Assembly: GCA_050741975.1 (NCBI GenBank)
Contig: JBOGET010000120.1
Location: 17,156-81,155, forward strand
Length of the DNA stretch: 64,000 nt
Direction: 5' to 3'
Source of the DNA: Acidimicrobiia bacterium
Lineage (GTDB): Bacteria; Actinomycetota; Acidimicrobiia; Spongiisociales; ZC4RG35
The stretch's first letter is position 1. The number at the start of each line of letters is the position of its first letter. Both the position numbers and the translations under genes were made by a program. The notes beneath the pieces are model-generated. The model made no database searches. It had not been told where the DNA came from and saw only the letters and a program-made list of their open reading frames with translations. Shown here piece by piece: positions 18,083 to 27,374 of this stretch.

Positions 18083-19723
18083 ATGAGCCGACGGATACTC
18101 GTTGCCGTGGCCTGGCCGTATGCGTCGGGGTCGCTTCATCTGGGCCACCTCGGCGGTGCCTATCTCCCATCGGACATCTTCGCCCGCTACCACCGAATCG
18201 TCGGGAACGAGGTGCTCATGGTCTCCGGCTCCGACGCCCACGGCACCCCGATCACGGTCAAGGCCGACGAGGAAGGCATAAGCCCCTCACAAGTCGTCGA
18301 GAGATATCACCCCGAGATCGTGGGCTACTGGGAGTCGCTCGGGATCTCCTTCGACCTGTTCACCACCACCATGACCGAGAACCACGCCACGGTCACCCAA
18401 GACGTCTTCCTCCGGCTGCTGGAGAAGGGATATCTGGTCAAGGGGACCTCGACCCAGTATTACGACCCGGAGGCGGAGCGGTTCCTCCCCGACCGTTACG
18501 TCGAGGGGACCTGCCCGCATTGTGGCTATCCCCAGGCCAGGGGGGACCAATGTGAGAACTGCGGCCGGACCCTGGACGCCACCGACCTGCTCCAACCACG
18601 CTCCCGTCTCACCGGGGCCACGCCGGTGCTCAGGGAGACGGAGCACTACTTCTTCCGGCTCCCCGAGTTCGCCCAGCCGCTCCGGGAGTGGCTGGAGTCG
18701 AAGACCACCTGGCGCCGTCACGTGAAGAACTGGGCACTGGGAATGATCGAGGAGGGGATGCCGGAGCGGGCCATCACCCGGGACATCGAGTGGGGTGTCG
18801 AGGTCCCCGTCGACGACCTGGGCCCGGGGAAGCGGATCTACGTGTGGTTCGACGCCGTGATCGGCTATCTGAGCGCGGCCAAGGAGTGGGCGGCCTCGAC
18901 CGACGACCCCGATGCCTGGAAACGGTGGTGGGAGGACCCCCAAGCCGAGTCGTACTACTTCGTGGGCAAGGACAACATCCCGTTCCACACCGTGATCTGG
19001 CCCGCGATGCTGATGGGCTATGGAGGGCTCAACCTGCCCACCGACGTCCCGGCCAACCAGTACATCACGTTCAAAGGCCAGAAGGCGTCCAAGTCCCAGG
19101 GGGTGGGCAAGTCGATCGGATGGTACGCCGGGCGACTCGAGCCCGACGCGATCCGCTACGCCATCGCCTCGGTGCTCCCCGAGCAGAACGACACCGACCT
19201 CAGCGACGACGAGATCATCCGCAGGGTCAACGAGGAGCTGGTCGCCACCTGGGGCAACCTGGTCAACCGCGTCCTCTCGTTGAGCGAGCGGAACTTCGAC
19301 GGAGGTGTCCCCTCACCGGGCCCGCTGACGGCCACCGACGAGGCTCTCGTGGCCACGGTGGACAAGAGCCTCGAGGCCACGGCCGGCCACATCGAAGCCG
19401 TCGAGCTCCGGGCCGGGCTCCGGGCGGCCGTGGATGCCGCCTCCGAGGTCAACGCCTATCTGAACTCCGAGGAGCCGTGGCATGTCCTCAAGGAGGATAC
19501 CGAGCGTGCGGGGACCATCCTCTGGACCGCCATCCAGGCAATATCCGGGATCAGGGTCGCCCTCGCCCCGTATCTGCCCTGGACCACGGTTCGATTGGGC
19601 GAGATGCTCGGGATCGAGGGCGAGATCGACGGGTGGGAGCGACCCCTGGTCGAGGGTGGGACCAGGCTGGGGCCGGTGACACCCCTGTTCACCAAGCTCG
19701 AGCCGGACGTGCTCGACGACTGA
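18083..19723 (+). CDS. metG: Methionyl-tRNA synthetase
   Basis: HIGH motif (ASGSLHLGHL), Zn knuckle CPHCGY...CENCG, KMSKS-like KASKSQG. Class I aaRS architecture. Confidence 0.9.
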   Translation: MSRRILVAVAWPYASGSLHLGHLGGAYLPSDIFARYHRIVGNEVLMVSGSDAHGTPITVKADEEGISPSQVVERYHPEIVGYWESLGISFDLFTTTMTENHATVTQDVFLRLLEKGYLVKGTSTQYYDPEAERFLPDRYVEGTCPHCGYPQARGDQCENCGRTLDATDLLQPRSRLTGATPVLRETEHYFFRLPEFAQPLREWLESKTTWRRHVKNWALGMIEEGMPERAITRDIEWGVEVPVDDLGPGKRIYVWFDAVIGYLSAAKEWAASTDDPDAWKRWWEDPQAESYYFVGKDNIPFHTVIWPAMLMGYGGLNLPTDVPANQYITFKGQKASKSQGVGKSIGWYAGRLEPDAIRYAIASVLPEQNDTDLSDDEIIRRVNEELVATWGNLVNRVLSLSERNFDGGVPSPGPLTATDEALVATVDKSLEATAGHIEAVELRAGLRAAVDAASEVNAYLNSEEPWHVLKEDTERAGTILWTAIQAISGIRVALAPYLPWTTVRLGEMLGIEGEIDGWERPLVEGGTRLGPVTPLFTKLEPDVLDD

Positions 19724-19726
19724 GAG

Positions 19727-19993
19727 ATGAATCCTCCTCTTCTCTACCCGACCCCGGCCGATACAATCGGCATGATGAGTCGAGTCGCCCGTCTGGCCGG
19801 AGGTTTCACCTTGCTCGGGGCCGGCACCGCGATGCTGGTGTTGCCCGGGCCCGGCGTGCTCGCCATCCTGGGCGGGCTGGCCCTGCTCGAGCGCGACCTG
19901 CCCTGGGCCAAGCGGATAACCGACCGGCTCAGGACGCGATCGGTCGATCGGGCGTCCGGCGACGAGCCGGGCGATCAGGCCGCAGGCGGGTAG
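19727..19993 (+). CDS. Small PGPGW-motif transmembrane protein
   Basis: LLGAGTAMLVLPGPGVLAILGGLALL is the PGPGW family signature, with two TM helices. Confidence 0.5.
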   Translation: MNPPLLYPTPADTIGMMSRVARLAGGFTLLGAGTAMLVLPGPGVLAILGGLALLERDLPWAKRITDRLRTRSVDRASGDEPGDQAAGG

Positions 19994-20388
19994 ACCCCGG
20001 CGCCCTTTCCCTTCTCGGTCTGCCAGAAGATGTCGGCGATCTCGTCGATGAGGTCGATCAGCTTCTTGCCATCCTCCGGGTCCACCGACTTCTTGGCGTT
20101 GCCGGCCTGGAGTATCGCCCGCCAGAACAAATCGTCGAGATCGGGGAACTCCTTGCGATGGTCGGCGGTGAAGAAGTCGACCCAGAGCACCATCAGGTGA
20201 TGCTTGACCAGTTCGGCCCGCTCCTCCTTGATCGAGATGGCACGGGCCCGAAATACCTCGTCATCCGAGGCCTGGTACTTCTCGGCCGACTTGAGGACCG
20301 ACATCGCCTCGATCTTGGCCTGGGCCGGGTCGTACACCCCGCAGAAGAGATCGCAGTGGGCGTGGGCAATGGTCGTCTGCCGCATGGC
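19975..20388 (-). CDS. sodN: Nickel superoxide dismutase (SodN) with short N-terminal propeptide
   Basis: Propeptide MRQTTIAHA followed by Ni-hook HCDLFCGVYDPAQAKIEA, then ...ELVKHHLMVLWVDFF...IDEIADIFWQTEK. The AAGGAG RBS is seen. The track ORF is extended upstream to 20490. Confidence 0.85.
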   Translation of the reverse strand, partial: AMRQTTIAHAHCDLFCGVYDPAQAKIEAMSVLKSAEKYQASDDEVFRARAISIKEERAELVKHHLMVLWVDFFTADHRKEFPDLDDLFWRAILQAGNAKKSVDPEDGKKLIDLIDEIADIFWQTEKGKGAGVYPPAA

Positions 20389-20405
20389 ACTCCTTCGTTG
20401 TCGAT

Positions 20406-20720
20406 GTGCTCGATCGACCATACCCTCCCAGGACGATTCCCATGCGACGGTTCCGAGTGTCCGAAGATTCGATGCGACCGATCCTGGCACCGGGTGACGA
20501 ATTCGTCGCCACAGGCTCCAGACCGGCGGTCGTCGGCGACATCGTCGCCTTCCCCCACCCCGCTCGAACCGACTTCTGGCTGGTAAAGCGTCTCAGCGCT
20601 GGTCCCGGCGACCGGGTCGATGGCCGCCCCCCACTCGGCCCGGATGAGGCCTGGGTCACATCGGACAACCCCCATGTCCCGTCGACCGACTCGCAGAGCT
20701 TCGGCCCGGTGCCGATCGCG
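20406..20720 (+). CDS. sodX: S26-family signal-peptidase-like Ni-SOD maturation protease (SodX-like)
   Basis: SMRPILAPGD (the SM.PTL catalytic Ser motif), ...WLVKRLSAGPGD..., C-terminal box AWVTSDNPHVPSTDSQSFGPVPIASL. Divergent from sodN. No stop before the downstream glycosylase domain. Confidence 0.6.
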
Positions 20721-21401
20721 TCCCTGCAGCCGTTGGTCACCCATCTCGACCAGACCACGTTCCTCGAGGCCGTGTCCTTGCTCGCAGACGAGGAGGAGCC
20801 GTTCGCATCGGTCATCGCCGAACACGGGCTCCCGCCGTTCTGGAGCAGACCCGCCGGGTTCCCCACCCTGGTGTGGCTGATCATGGAGCAGCAGGTGTCG
20901 CTCGAGTCGGGTGCGGCGATGTACCGGAGGCTCCACGGTCTCCTGGGGACGATCACATCCGAGGGGGTGGCCGGGTCGTCCGAAGCCGACCTGCGCGGGA
21001 TCGGGGTGACCAGACAGAAGACGGTCTACCTGCTCCAGCTTGCTCGGGCCATCGTGGAGGGCGATCTCGATCTCGAGGCGATGGCGTCGGCACCGTTCGA
21101 CGCGGCGCGGGACATGCTGCTCGCGGTGAAGGGGATCGGACCCTGGACCGCCGATGCCTACCTCCTCTCCGCACTCCGCTTCCCCGACGTGTTCCCGGTC
21201 GGGGACCGGGCACTCCAGGTGGGGACGGCCGAGGTCCTCGGGATGTCGTCGGTGCCCGATGAGGAGGAGTTGGAGATCCTCTCCCTTCCCTGGCGCCCGA
21301 TCCGGTCGGCGGCGGCGAGGATCATCTGGCACGCCTATCTGAAGACGAGGGGGCGTGTCGAGCCGGCGGACCCGACCGGCGTCGGGCACGCAGTGCCGTG
21401 A
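20721..21401 (+). CDS. HhH-GPD DNA glycosylase (AlkA / 3-methyladenine glycosylase II-like)
   Basis: ...FASVIAEHGLPPFWSRP...FPTLVWLIMEQQVSLESGAAMYRRL...VKGIGPWTADAYLL...GD. HhH-GPD motif with catalytic Asp. In frame with the sodX ORF. In-frame TTG at ~20714 and GTG at ~20774 are candidate independent starts. Confidence 0.55.
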   Translation, partial: SLQPLVTHLDQTTFLEAVSLLADEEEPFASVIAEHGLPPFWSRPAGFPTLVWLIMEQQVSLESGAAMYRRLHGLLGTITSEGVAGSSEADLRGIGVTRQKTVYLLQLARAIVEGDLDLEAMASAPFDAARDMLLAVKGIGPWTADAYLLSALRFPDVFPVGDRALQVGTAEVLGMSSVPDEEELEILSLPWRPIRSAAARIIWHAYLKTRGRVEPADPTGVGHAVP

Positions 21402-21419
21402 CAGGCGTAGAGTCGTGCC

Positions 21420-21821
21420 ATGACCGAGTTCGTCGTCCGGATGGAGAACCGTCCGGGCAGGCTGGCGTCGCTGACCGAGGCACTGGCCGCGTTCGGCGTC
21501 AACATCGAGGCGCTGGCCGCGTACGGTCATGACGGGGAGGGGACCATCCGTCTCATAGTCGACGATGCCGCTACGACGAGGCGGGTGCTCGAGGAAGCCG
21601 CCCTCCACAACGAGGAGCACACGGTGCTCACCGCCCAACTCCCCCACCGCCCCGGCGAGCTGGCTCGGCTGACCAGGCTGCTGGCCGACGCCGGGGTCAA
21701 CATCGACGCCCTCTACGTCCTCCGCTCCAACGCCGAAGGAATCGAGTTCGCGATCTCCATCGATCAGGCCGACGAGGCCATGCCCGAGTTGCCGATCACC
21801 GGCGGGGTATTGGTGGTCTAA
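21420..21821 (+). CDS. Tandem ACT-domain protein
   Basis: Two βαββαβ ACT-like repeats (VVRMENRPGRLASLTEALAAFGVNIEAL; LTAQLPHRPGELARLTRLLADAGVNIDAL). Confidence 0.6.
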   Translation: MTEFVVRMENRPGRLASLTEALAAFGVNIEALAAYGHDGEGTIRLIVDDAATTRRVLEEAALHNEEHTVLTAQLPHRPGELARLTRLLADAGVNIDALYVLRSNAEGIEFAISIDQADEAMPELPITGGVLVV

Positions 21822-21849
21822 GAGCCAGGGGGCGATACTCTGCCGCCCC

Positions 21850-22932
21850 ATGTGGTCAAAAATCTCCGAGTTCGTTCGCACTCGGGCCTTCCTCTCCGTA
21901 GCGGCAGTAGTCGTCCTCCTCGGTGTCGGCACCGCCTTGTTCATGGCGGCGAACGCCGAGCCCGAAGTCACCACCACCGTCGCGGCACCAACCACGAGCA
22001 CGACGACTGTGAACAGCACGACCACCGAGGCACCGACCACGACCGCCGGAGGGGAGATCTCCCAGATCAACGGGCTCCCGGTCGATGACCCCGATCTCCT
22101 CGATCGTCGCCTCCTCGCGGTAAAGATCGACAACCACCCCGATGCCAGGCCCCACTCCGGGATAGAGCATGCCGACGCCGTAATCGAGCTCATGGTCGAA
22201 GGGGTCACCCGCTTCATCTCGATGTGGCAGCAGAGCGATGCCGAGTACCTGGGGCCGATGCGCTCCGGCCGTCCCACCGACCAGACCCTGCTCGCTTTCT
22301 TCAATGAGCCGAGCTTCGCCATCTCAGGCGCTCAGAGCTGGGTCCAGGACATGATCGCCTCCGTGGGCATTCATCTGATCGGCGAGGTGGACCCGGCGAC
22401 CTTCCGGGCACCCGAGCGCCGGGCCCCACACAACCTCTTCACCAACACCGAGCTGCTGCGGGAGTACGCCGACTCCCGGGACTATCCCGATGACCCGATC
22501 TCGGGCCCGATGTGGGAGTTCGGGCCGATGCGCGAGGATGGAGAGCCCGCGAGCAAGGTCTCCTTCGACTTCCTGGGCAACCCTGTCGAATGGACCTGGG
22601 ACGAGACGACTGAGACCTGGCTCCGCACCATCGGAGGGGAAGAGTCGATCACCGTCACCGAGGACGAAGAGGAGAGCCAGATCGGGTTCCCGGTGTTGAT
22701 CGCCCTCTATGTCGAGCAGTACACCGTGGGCGACCTGCCCGCCAGCCGGACCTCCGGGCAGGGCCTGGCCTATATCTTCGCCGACGGCAAGGTGGTCCAG
22801 GGCACGTGGCAGCGAGACGCTCTCGACGCATGGTTCACCCTGGCCGACAACGAGGGGGAGCCCATCCTCGTCCCGCCGGGACAGGTGTGGATCTCGCTGG
22901 TTCCCAACACCACCGGCATCGTCCTCGAGTGA
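21850..22932 (+). CDS. DUF3048-domain membrane-anchored protein (YerB-like)
   Basis: N-terminal TM, Thr-rich linker, LAVKIDNHPDARPHSGIEHADAVIELMVEGVTRF is the DUF3048 N-terminal signature. Confidence 0.6.
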   Translation: MWSKISEFVRTRAFLSVAAVVVLLGVGTALFMAANAEPEVTTTVAAPTTSTTTVNSTTTEAPTTTAGGEISQINGLPVDDPDLLDRRLLAVKIDNHPDARPHSGIEHADAVIELMVEGVTRFISMWQQSDAEYLGPMRSGRPTDQTLLAFFNEPSFAISGAQSWVQDMIASVGIHLIGEVDPATFRAPERRAPHNLFTNTELLREYADSRDYPDDPISGPMWEFGPMREDGEPASKVSFDFLGNPVEWTWDETTETWLRTIGGEESITVTEDEEESQIGFPVLIALYVEQYTVGDLPASRTSGQGLAYIFADGKVVQGTWQRDALDAWFTLADNEGEPILVPPGQVWISLVPNTTGIVLE

Positions 22933-23003
22933 CCGGGCATGCGGGCCGGCAGTCGAGCTCGCCGGCCAGCGGGGCGGGGACAGGACCTCGCTAGGGTCGC
23001 CCG

Positions 23004-24305
23004 ATGTCCATCTCGGCCCGGATCCAGGATTCGCTCGATGCCGCCCACGCCACACAGAGCACACTGAATGCCTTCACCCAGATCGACGGCGAGGCTGCCC
23101 CGACCCGGGCCGCGCAGATCGAGAGCGACATCGAGCGCGGCGGGACACCCGGTCCCATGGCCGGGATGCCGGTGGGGCTCAAGGACCTGATCGACCACCA
23201 GGGCCGGACCACCACCGCCGGCTCCGCCTTCTACCGCCACGACGCCCCGGAGTCGGCGCCGGTGGTCACCCGGCTCGAAGCCGCGGGAGCCGTCATCATC
23301 GGGCGCACCGGTCTCCACGAGTTCGCCTTCGGTTTCTCCTCGGAGAACCCCCACTTCGGCCCGGTTCGAAACCCGTGGGACACCGACACCTCGCCGGGTG
23401 GCTCCTCCGGGGGCTCGGCGGCGGCGGTGGCCGCCGGGATCACCCCGGTCGCCATCGGGACCGACACCGGAGGCTCGGTGCGGGTCCCCGCCGCCTTGTG
23501 CGGGTGCTACGGGCTCAAGGTGACCCGCGGTCGGATCCCGATCGACGGCGTGTTCCCCCTCGTCGCCTCCATAGATACCGTGGGTCCGCTGGCCGACTCG
23601 ATTCGAGCCCTCGACATCTCATACCGGGTGATGTCGGGCGACCTCGGTGACGAGCCACAGTCACGACCGCTCCGACTCGGTGTGCCCCAGCCCTGGACCG
23701 ACGAGGCACCGATGCAGGACACGGTGGGCGCCGTGTTCGAAGACACCCTTCGCGCCCTTGGAGAGCTGGGGCACAATGTCAGCACCGTCGAGATGCCCGG
23801 TGTCGTTCCTTCCCCGCTGCTGATCAACGCCATCGCCGGAGAGGTCGACTCTGTGCACCGGTCGTTCCGGGAGCAAGGGCTGCCCTACGGCGACGACGTG
23901 GCCAAGAGAGTCGACGATTGTCTCGCCAAGGCGACCGACGAGCGCGAGACCGGCCGGGAGTGGCAGATGACGATCAGGAGCCGGTTCGCCGAGGCGTTCG
24001 AAACCATCGACCTGCTGATCACCCCGACCACCCCGGCCATACGCAAGGTGATCGGAGACGACTCGATCGGAGACCGTCACTACCGGGCGGTCCTCTCCTG
24101 GTTCACCGCATTGGTGAACCACGCCCTCCACCCCGCCATTGCCCTCCCCCTGCTCGCTTCCGGGGCCCCGCCGGTGTCAGTTCAGGCCATTGGGTCGCTC
24201 GGCTCAGAGACACGACTCATCGGCTTCGGTAGATCATTGGAGGAAGCCGGATTGGTCGGGTTCACCCCTGCGCCAAAGGCTTCGGGTAGCACGCGACGCC
24301 GATAA
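23004..24305 (+). CDS. Amidase-signature family amidase
   Basis: GGSSGGSAAAVAAG...GTDTGGSVRVPAALCG is the AS-family Ser-cisSer-Lys signature. Confidence 0.8.
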   Translation: MSISARIQDSLDAAHATQSTLNAFTQIDGEAAPTRAAQIESDIERGGTPGPMAGMPVGLKDLIDHQGRTTTAGSAFYRHDAPESAPVVTRLEAAGAVIIGRTGLHEFAFGFSSENPHFGPVRNPWDTDTSPGGSSGGSAAAVAAGITPVAIGTDTGGSVRVPAALCGCYGLKVTRGRIPIDGVFPLVASIDTVGPLADSIRALDISYRVMSGDLGDEPQSRPLRLGVPQPWTDEAPMQDTVGAVFEDTLRALGELGHNVSTVEMPGVVPSPLLINAIAGEVDSVHRSFREQGLPYGDDVAKRVDDCLAKATDERETGREWQMTIRSRFAEAFETIDLLITPTTPAIRKVIGDDSIGDRHYRAVLSWFTALVNHALHPAIALPLLASGAPPVSVQAIGSLGSETRLIGFGRSLEEAGLVGFTPAPKASGSTRRR

Positions 24306-24402
24306 ACTGAGAGCACGCGGCAACCGGGATGCGGTCTTCACACGAAAACCTTCAACAGCCTGGCAAGACGCGTGCCATGACAACACAAGGAAGTGACCCA
24401 AA

Positions 24403-26277
24403 GTGGCCGACGAGATCGCCACAGCTGACCCTTCAACCACAACCACGACCGAGACCCTCGAAAAAGTCGTTGTCCGATTCGCCGGTGACTCCGGCGACGG
24501 GATGCAGGTAGCCGGATCGAGATTCACCGACGCCAGCGCCCTCTTCGGGAACGATTTGGCAACGCTCCCCTCTTTCCCAGCTGAGATCCGTGCCCCGGCC
24601 GGGACCCTCCCCGGGGTCTCCAGCTTCCAGGTCCAGATCGCCGACTTCGACATCCTGACCGCGGGCGACCAGCCCGACTGCCTGGTGGCGATGAACCCGG
24701 CGGCGTTGAAGAAGAACATCAAGGACCTGCGTCAGGGCGGGACCCTGATCGTCAACACCGACACCTTCGACGAGCGCAACCTGGCCAAGGCCGGCTACCA
24801 GGCCGATCCCCTGGAGGACGGAACCCTCGAAGGCTTCAGGGTGATACAAGTGCCCATGGACGAGCTCACCAAGGAGGCCGTCAAGGACACCGGGGTGTCG
24901 GGGCGCAGCGTGCTGCGCTCCAAGAACTTCTTCGCCCTCGGGCTGCTCGCCTGGCTGTTCCACCGCCCCACCGAACCGACCATCGAATGGGCGCAGAAGA
25001 AGTTCTCCCGGACCCCCGAGGTGGCTGCGGCCAACGTCGCAGCCTTCCGGGCCGGGTACACCTTCGGTGTGGCCACCGAGGCGGCCAAGATCACGTTCGA
25101 GGTCAAGCCCGCCGCACTGCGACCGGGCACCTACACCAACGTCAACGGCAACACCGCACTGGCCTGGGGGCTGATCACCGCCTCCAAGCTCTCCGGTCTG
25201 CCCCTGTTCTACGGGAGCTACCCCATCACCCCGGCGTCGGACATCCTCCATGAGCTGGCCCGCCACAAGAACTTCGGGGTGCGGACCTTCCAGGCCGAAG
25301 ACGAGATCGCCGGCGTCGGAACCGCCATCGGCGCCGCCTTCGCCGGGAACCTGGCCGTCACCGGGTCCTCGGGCCCGGGCATCGCCCTCAAGAGCGAGGC
25401 GATCTCAATGGCGTTCATGATGGAACTGCCACTGATCGTGATCAACGTCCAGAGGGGCGGCCCCTCCACCGGTCTCCCCACCAAGCCGGAGCAGTCGGAC
25501 CTGCTGTTCTCCCTCTACGGGCGTCATGGCGAATCACCGATCCCGGTGCTTGCGATCGCATCGCCATCGGACGCCTTCGAGATGACGATCGAAGCGGCGC
25601 GCATCGCACTCACGTACATGACCCCGATCTTGCTCCTAAGCGACAACCAGGTCGCCAACGGCTCCGAGCCGTGGAGACTGCCCGACATCGACGCAATCCC
25701 ACCCATCGACGTCCACTTCGCCAAGCATCCCAACGGGCCCAACGGCACGTTCCTCCCCTACATGCGTGACATCGACACCTTCGCCCGTCCCTGGGCCCTC
25801 CCCGGCACTCCCGGGCTGGAGCACCGGATCGGCGGTCTGGAGAAGGAGGCCATCACCGGCAACGTGTCTTACGACCCGGCCAACCACCAGCTCATGACCG
25901 ACTCGCGTGCCTGGAAGGTGGCCAACATCGTCAACGACATCCCCGATCTCGAGGTGAGCGGCGATGAGGATGCGGCGATCCTGGTGCTGGGCTGGGGCTC
26001 GACCTTCGGCTCGATCCGGGCTGCCGCCCGCAGAGTGAGATTGGAAGGAAAGAAGGTGGCCACCACCCATCTCCGCCATCTCAATCCGCTTCCCCAGAAC
26101 CTGGGCGAGATCGTGCACCGATACGACCAGATCCTGATCCCGGAGTTGAACACGGGTCAGCTGCGGAAGGTGATCAGGGCCGAGTACCTGGTCGACGCCA
26201 AGGGCCTGAACAAGGTCGCCGGTGAGCCGTTCAAGATCTCGGAGATAACAGAGAAGATCCTGGAGATGATGAAGTGA
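24403..26277 (+). CDS. korA: 2-oxoacid (2-oxoglutarate):ferredoxin oxidoreductase alpha subunit
   Basis: 624 aa actinobacterial KorA-like. GTG start with an AAGGAAG RBS. A 4-nt overlap with korB. Confidence 0.8.
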   Translation: MADEIATADPSTTTTTETLEKVVVRFAGDSGDGMQVAGSRFTDASALFGNDLATLPSFPAEIRAPAGTLPGVSSFQVQIADFDILTAGDQPDCLVAMNPAALKKNIKDLRQGGTLIVNTDTFDERNLAKAGYQADPLEDGTLEGFRVIQVPMDELTKEAVKDTGVSGRSVLRSKNFFALGLLAWLFHRPTEPTIEWAQKKFSRTPEVAAANVAAFRAGYTFGVATEAAKITFEVKPAALRPGTYTNVNGNTALAWGLITASKLSGLPLFYGSYPITPASDILHELARHKNFGVRTFQAEDEIAGVGTAIGAAFAGNLAVTGSSGPGIALKSEAISMAFMMELPLIVINVQRGGPSTGLPTKPEQSDLLFSLYGRHGESPIPVLAIASPSDAFEMTIEAARIALTYMTPILLLSDNQVANGSEPWRLPDIDAIPPIDVHFAKHPNGPNGTFLPYMRDIDTFARPWALPGTPGLEHRIGGLEKEAITGNVSYDPANHQLMTDSRAWKVANIVNDIPDLEVSGDEDAAILVLGWGSTFGSIRAAARRVRLEGKKVATTHLRHLNPLPQNLGEIVHRYDQILIPELNTGQLRKVIRAEYLVDAKGLNKVAGEPFKISEITEKILEMMK

Positions 26278-27302
26278 CCGCCCCTACCTACACACGTGCC
26301 GACTTCCAGACGGACCAGGAGGTCCGCTGGTGCCCGGGTTGCGGCGACTACACCATCCTGGCCTCGGTCCAGCAGTTCCTGGCCGGTCTCGGTCGTCCCC
26401 GTGAGGAGTTCGTCTTCGTCTCGGGCATCGGTTGCGCCGCCCGGTTCCCCTATTACATGAACACCTACGGCATGCACTCCATCCATGGTCGGGCCCCGGC
26501 CATCGCCTCGGGCATCGCAGCGACCCGGCCCGAGCTGTCGGTGTGGGTGATCACCGGCGACGGGGATGCCCTCTCCATCGGGGGCAACCATCTGATCCAC
26601 GCCCTGCGGCGCAACATCAACCTGAAGATCCTGCTGTTCAACAACCAGATCTACGGGCTGACCAAGGGCCAGTACTCCCCCACGTCGGAGACGGGCAAGA
26701 CCACCAAGTCCTCGCCCTTCGGGTCCATCGACTACCCGTTCAACCCGGTGTCGCTGGCCCTCGGCGCCGAGGCCACCTTCGTGGCCCGGACCCTCGACAT
26801 GGACCGCAACCACACCCAGGAGCTGCTCCAGGCCGCCTACGAGCACGAGGGCTCGGCCTTCATCGAGATCTACCAGAACTGCAACGTGTTCAACGACAAG
26901 GCGTTCATCCAGCTCAGCGGGAAGGAAGAGAGGGTGCACAACCGCATCGACCTCGAGGCGGGCAAGCCAATCGTGTTCGACGAGGGCTCCAAGGCCATCG
27001 TGCTACGCGACGGGCAGGCCACGATCGTGGACTCGTCCTCGGTCGACCCGGGAGCGATCCTGGTCCACGACCCGACCCGGCCCGATCCGGCGATTGCCTT
27101 CGCCTTGAGCCGGCTCTCCCACGGGCCCTATGGGCCGACGCCACTCGGCATCTTCCGGAACGTGAGCCGCCCCACCTACGAGGGACAGATGAACTCACAG
27201 ATCGAAGCCGCCAAAGAGAAGCAGGGTGAGGGAGAACTCTCCAGCCTCATCGCCAGTCACGGCACCTGGACGGTCAAGGACCCCTCCTCGAACGGGGGTT
27301 GA
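26274..27302 (+). CDS. korB: 2-oxoacid:ferredoxin oxidoreductase beta subunit (TPP-binding)
   Basis: GIGCAARFPYY, TPP motif GDGDALSIGGNHLIHALRRNIN. Confidence 0.8.
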   Translation: MTAPTYTRADFQTDQEVRWCPGCGDYTILASVQQFLAGLGRPREEFVFVSGIGCAARFPYYMNTYGMHSIHGRAPAIASGIAATRPELSVWVITGDGDALSIGGNHLIHALRRNINLKILLFNNQIYGLTKGQYSPTSETGKTTKSSPFGSIDYPFNPVSLALGAEATFVARTLDMDRNHTQELLQAAYEHEGSAFIEIYQNCNVFNDKAFIQLSGKEERVHNRIDLEAGKPIVFDEGSKAIVLRDGQATIVDSSSVDPGAILVHDPTRPDPAIAFALSRLSHGPYGPTPLGIFRNVSRPTYEGQMNSQIEAAKEKQGEGELSSLIASHGTWTVKDPSSNGG

Positions 27303-27313
27303 ACCGCATTCCT

Positions 27314-27349
27314 AATGCAGGGCGTCACGCATGCGTGACGCCCTGCATT
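27314..27349. terminator. Bidirectional intrinsic terminator (36-bp perfect palindrome)
   Basis: AATGCAGGGCGTCACGCATGCGTGACGCCCTGCATT lies between convergent korB (ends 27302) and paaR (ends 27375). Confidence 0.6.
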
Positions 27350-27374
27350 GCGTTTGGGCTGAGGAGGGGCCTTC

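Noticed and set aside
20193-22322. 709-aa ORF on the minus strand, and many similar long Arg/Pro/Gly-rich ORFs (e.g. 1498..2535, 12025..13875, 13932..15170, 18688..20586, 36021..37649, 36633..38270, 50106..51599, 24433..25266, 34535..35929)
   Set aside because: They lie antisense or out of frame to well-supported genes (sodX/alkA/ACT, FtsX permeases, metG, pcaB/pcaD, GT2, korA, pobA). Their composition is Arg/Gly/Pro-dominated with no domain signatures, the typical open antisense frames of 70% GC DNA.
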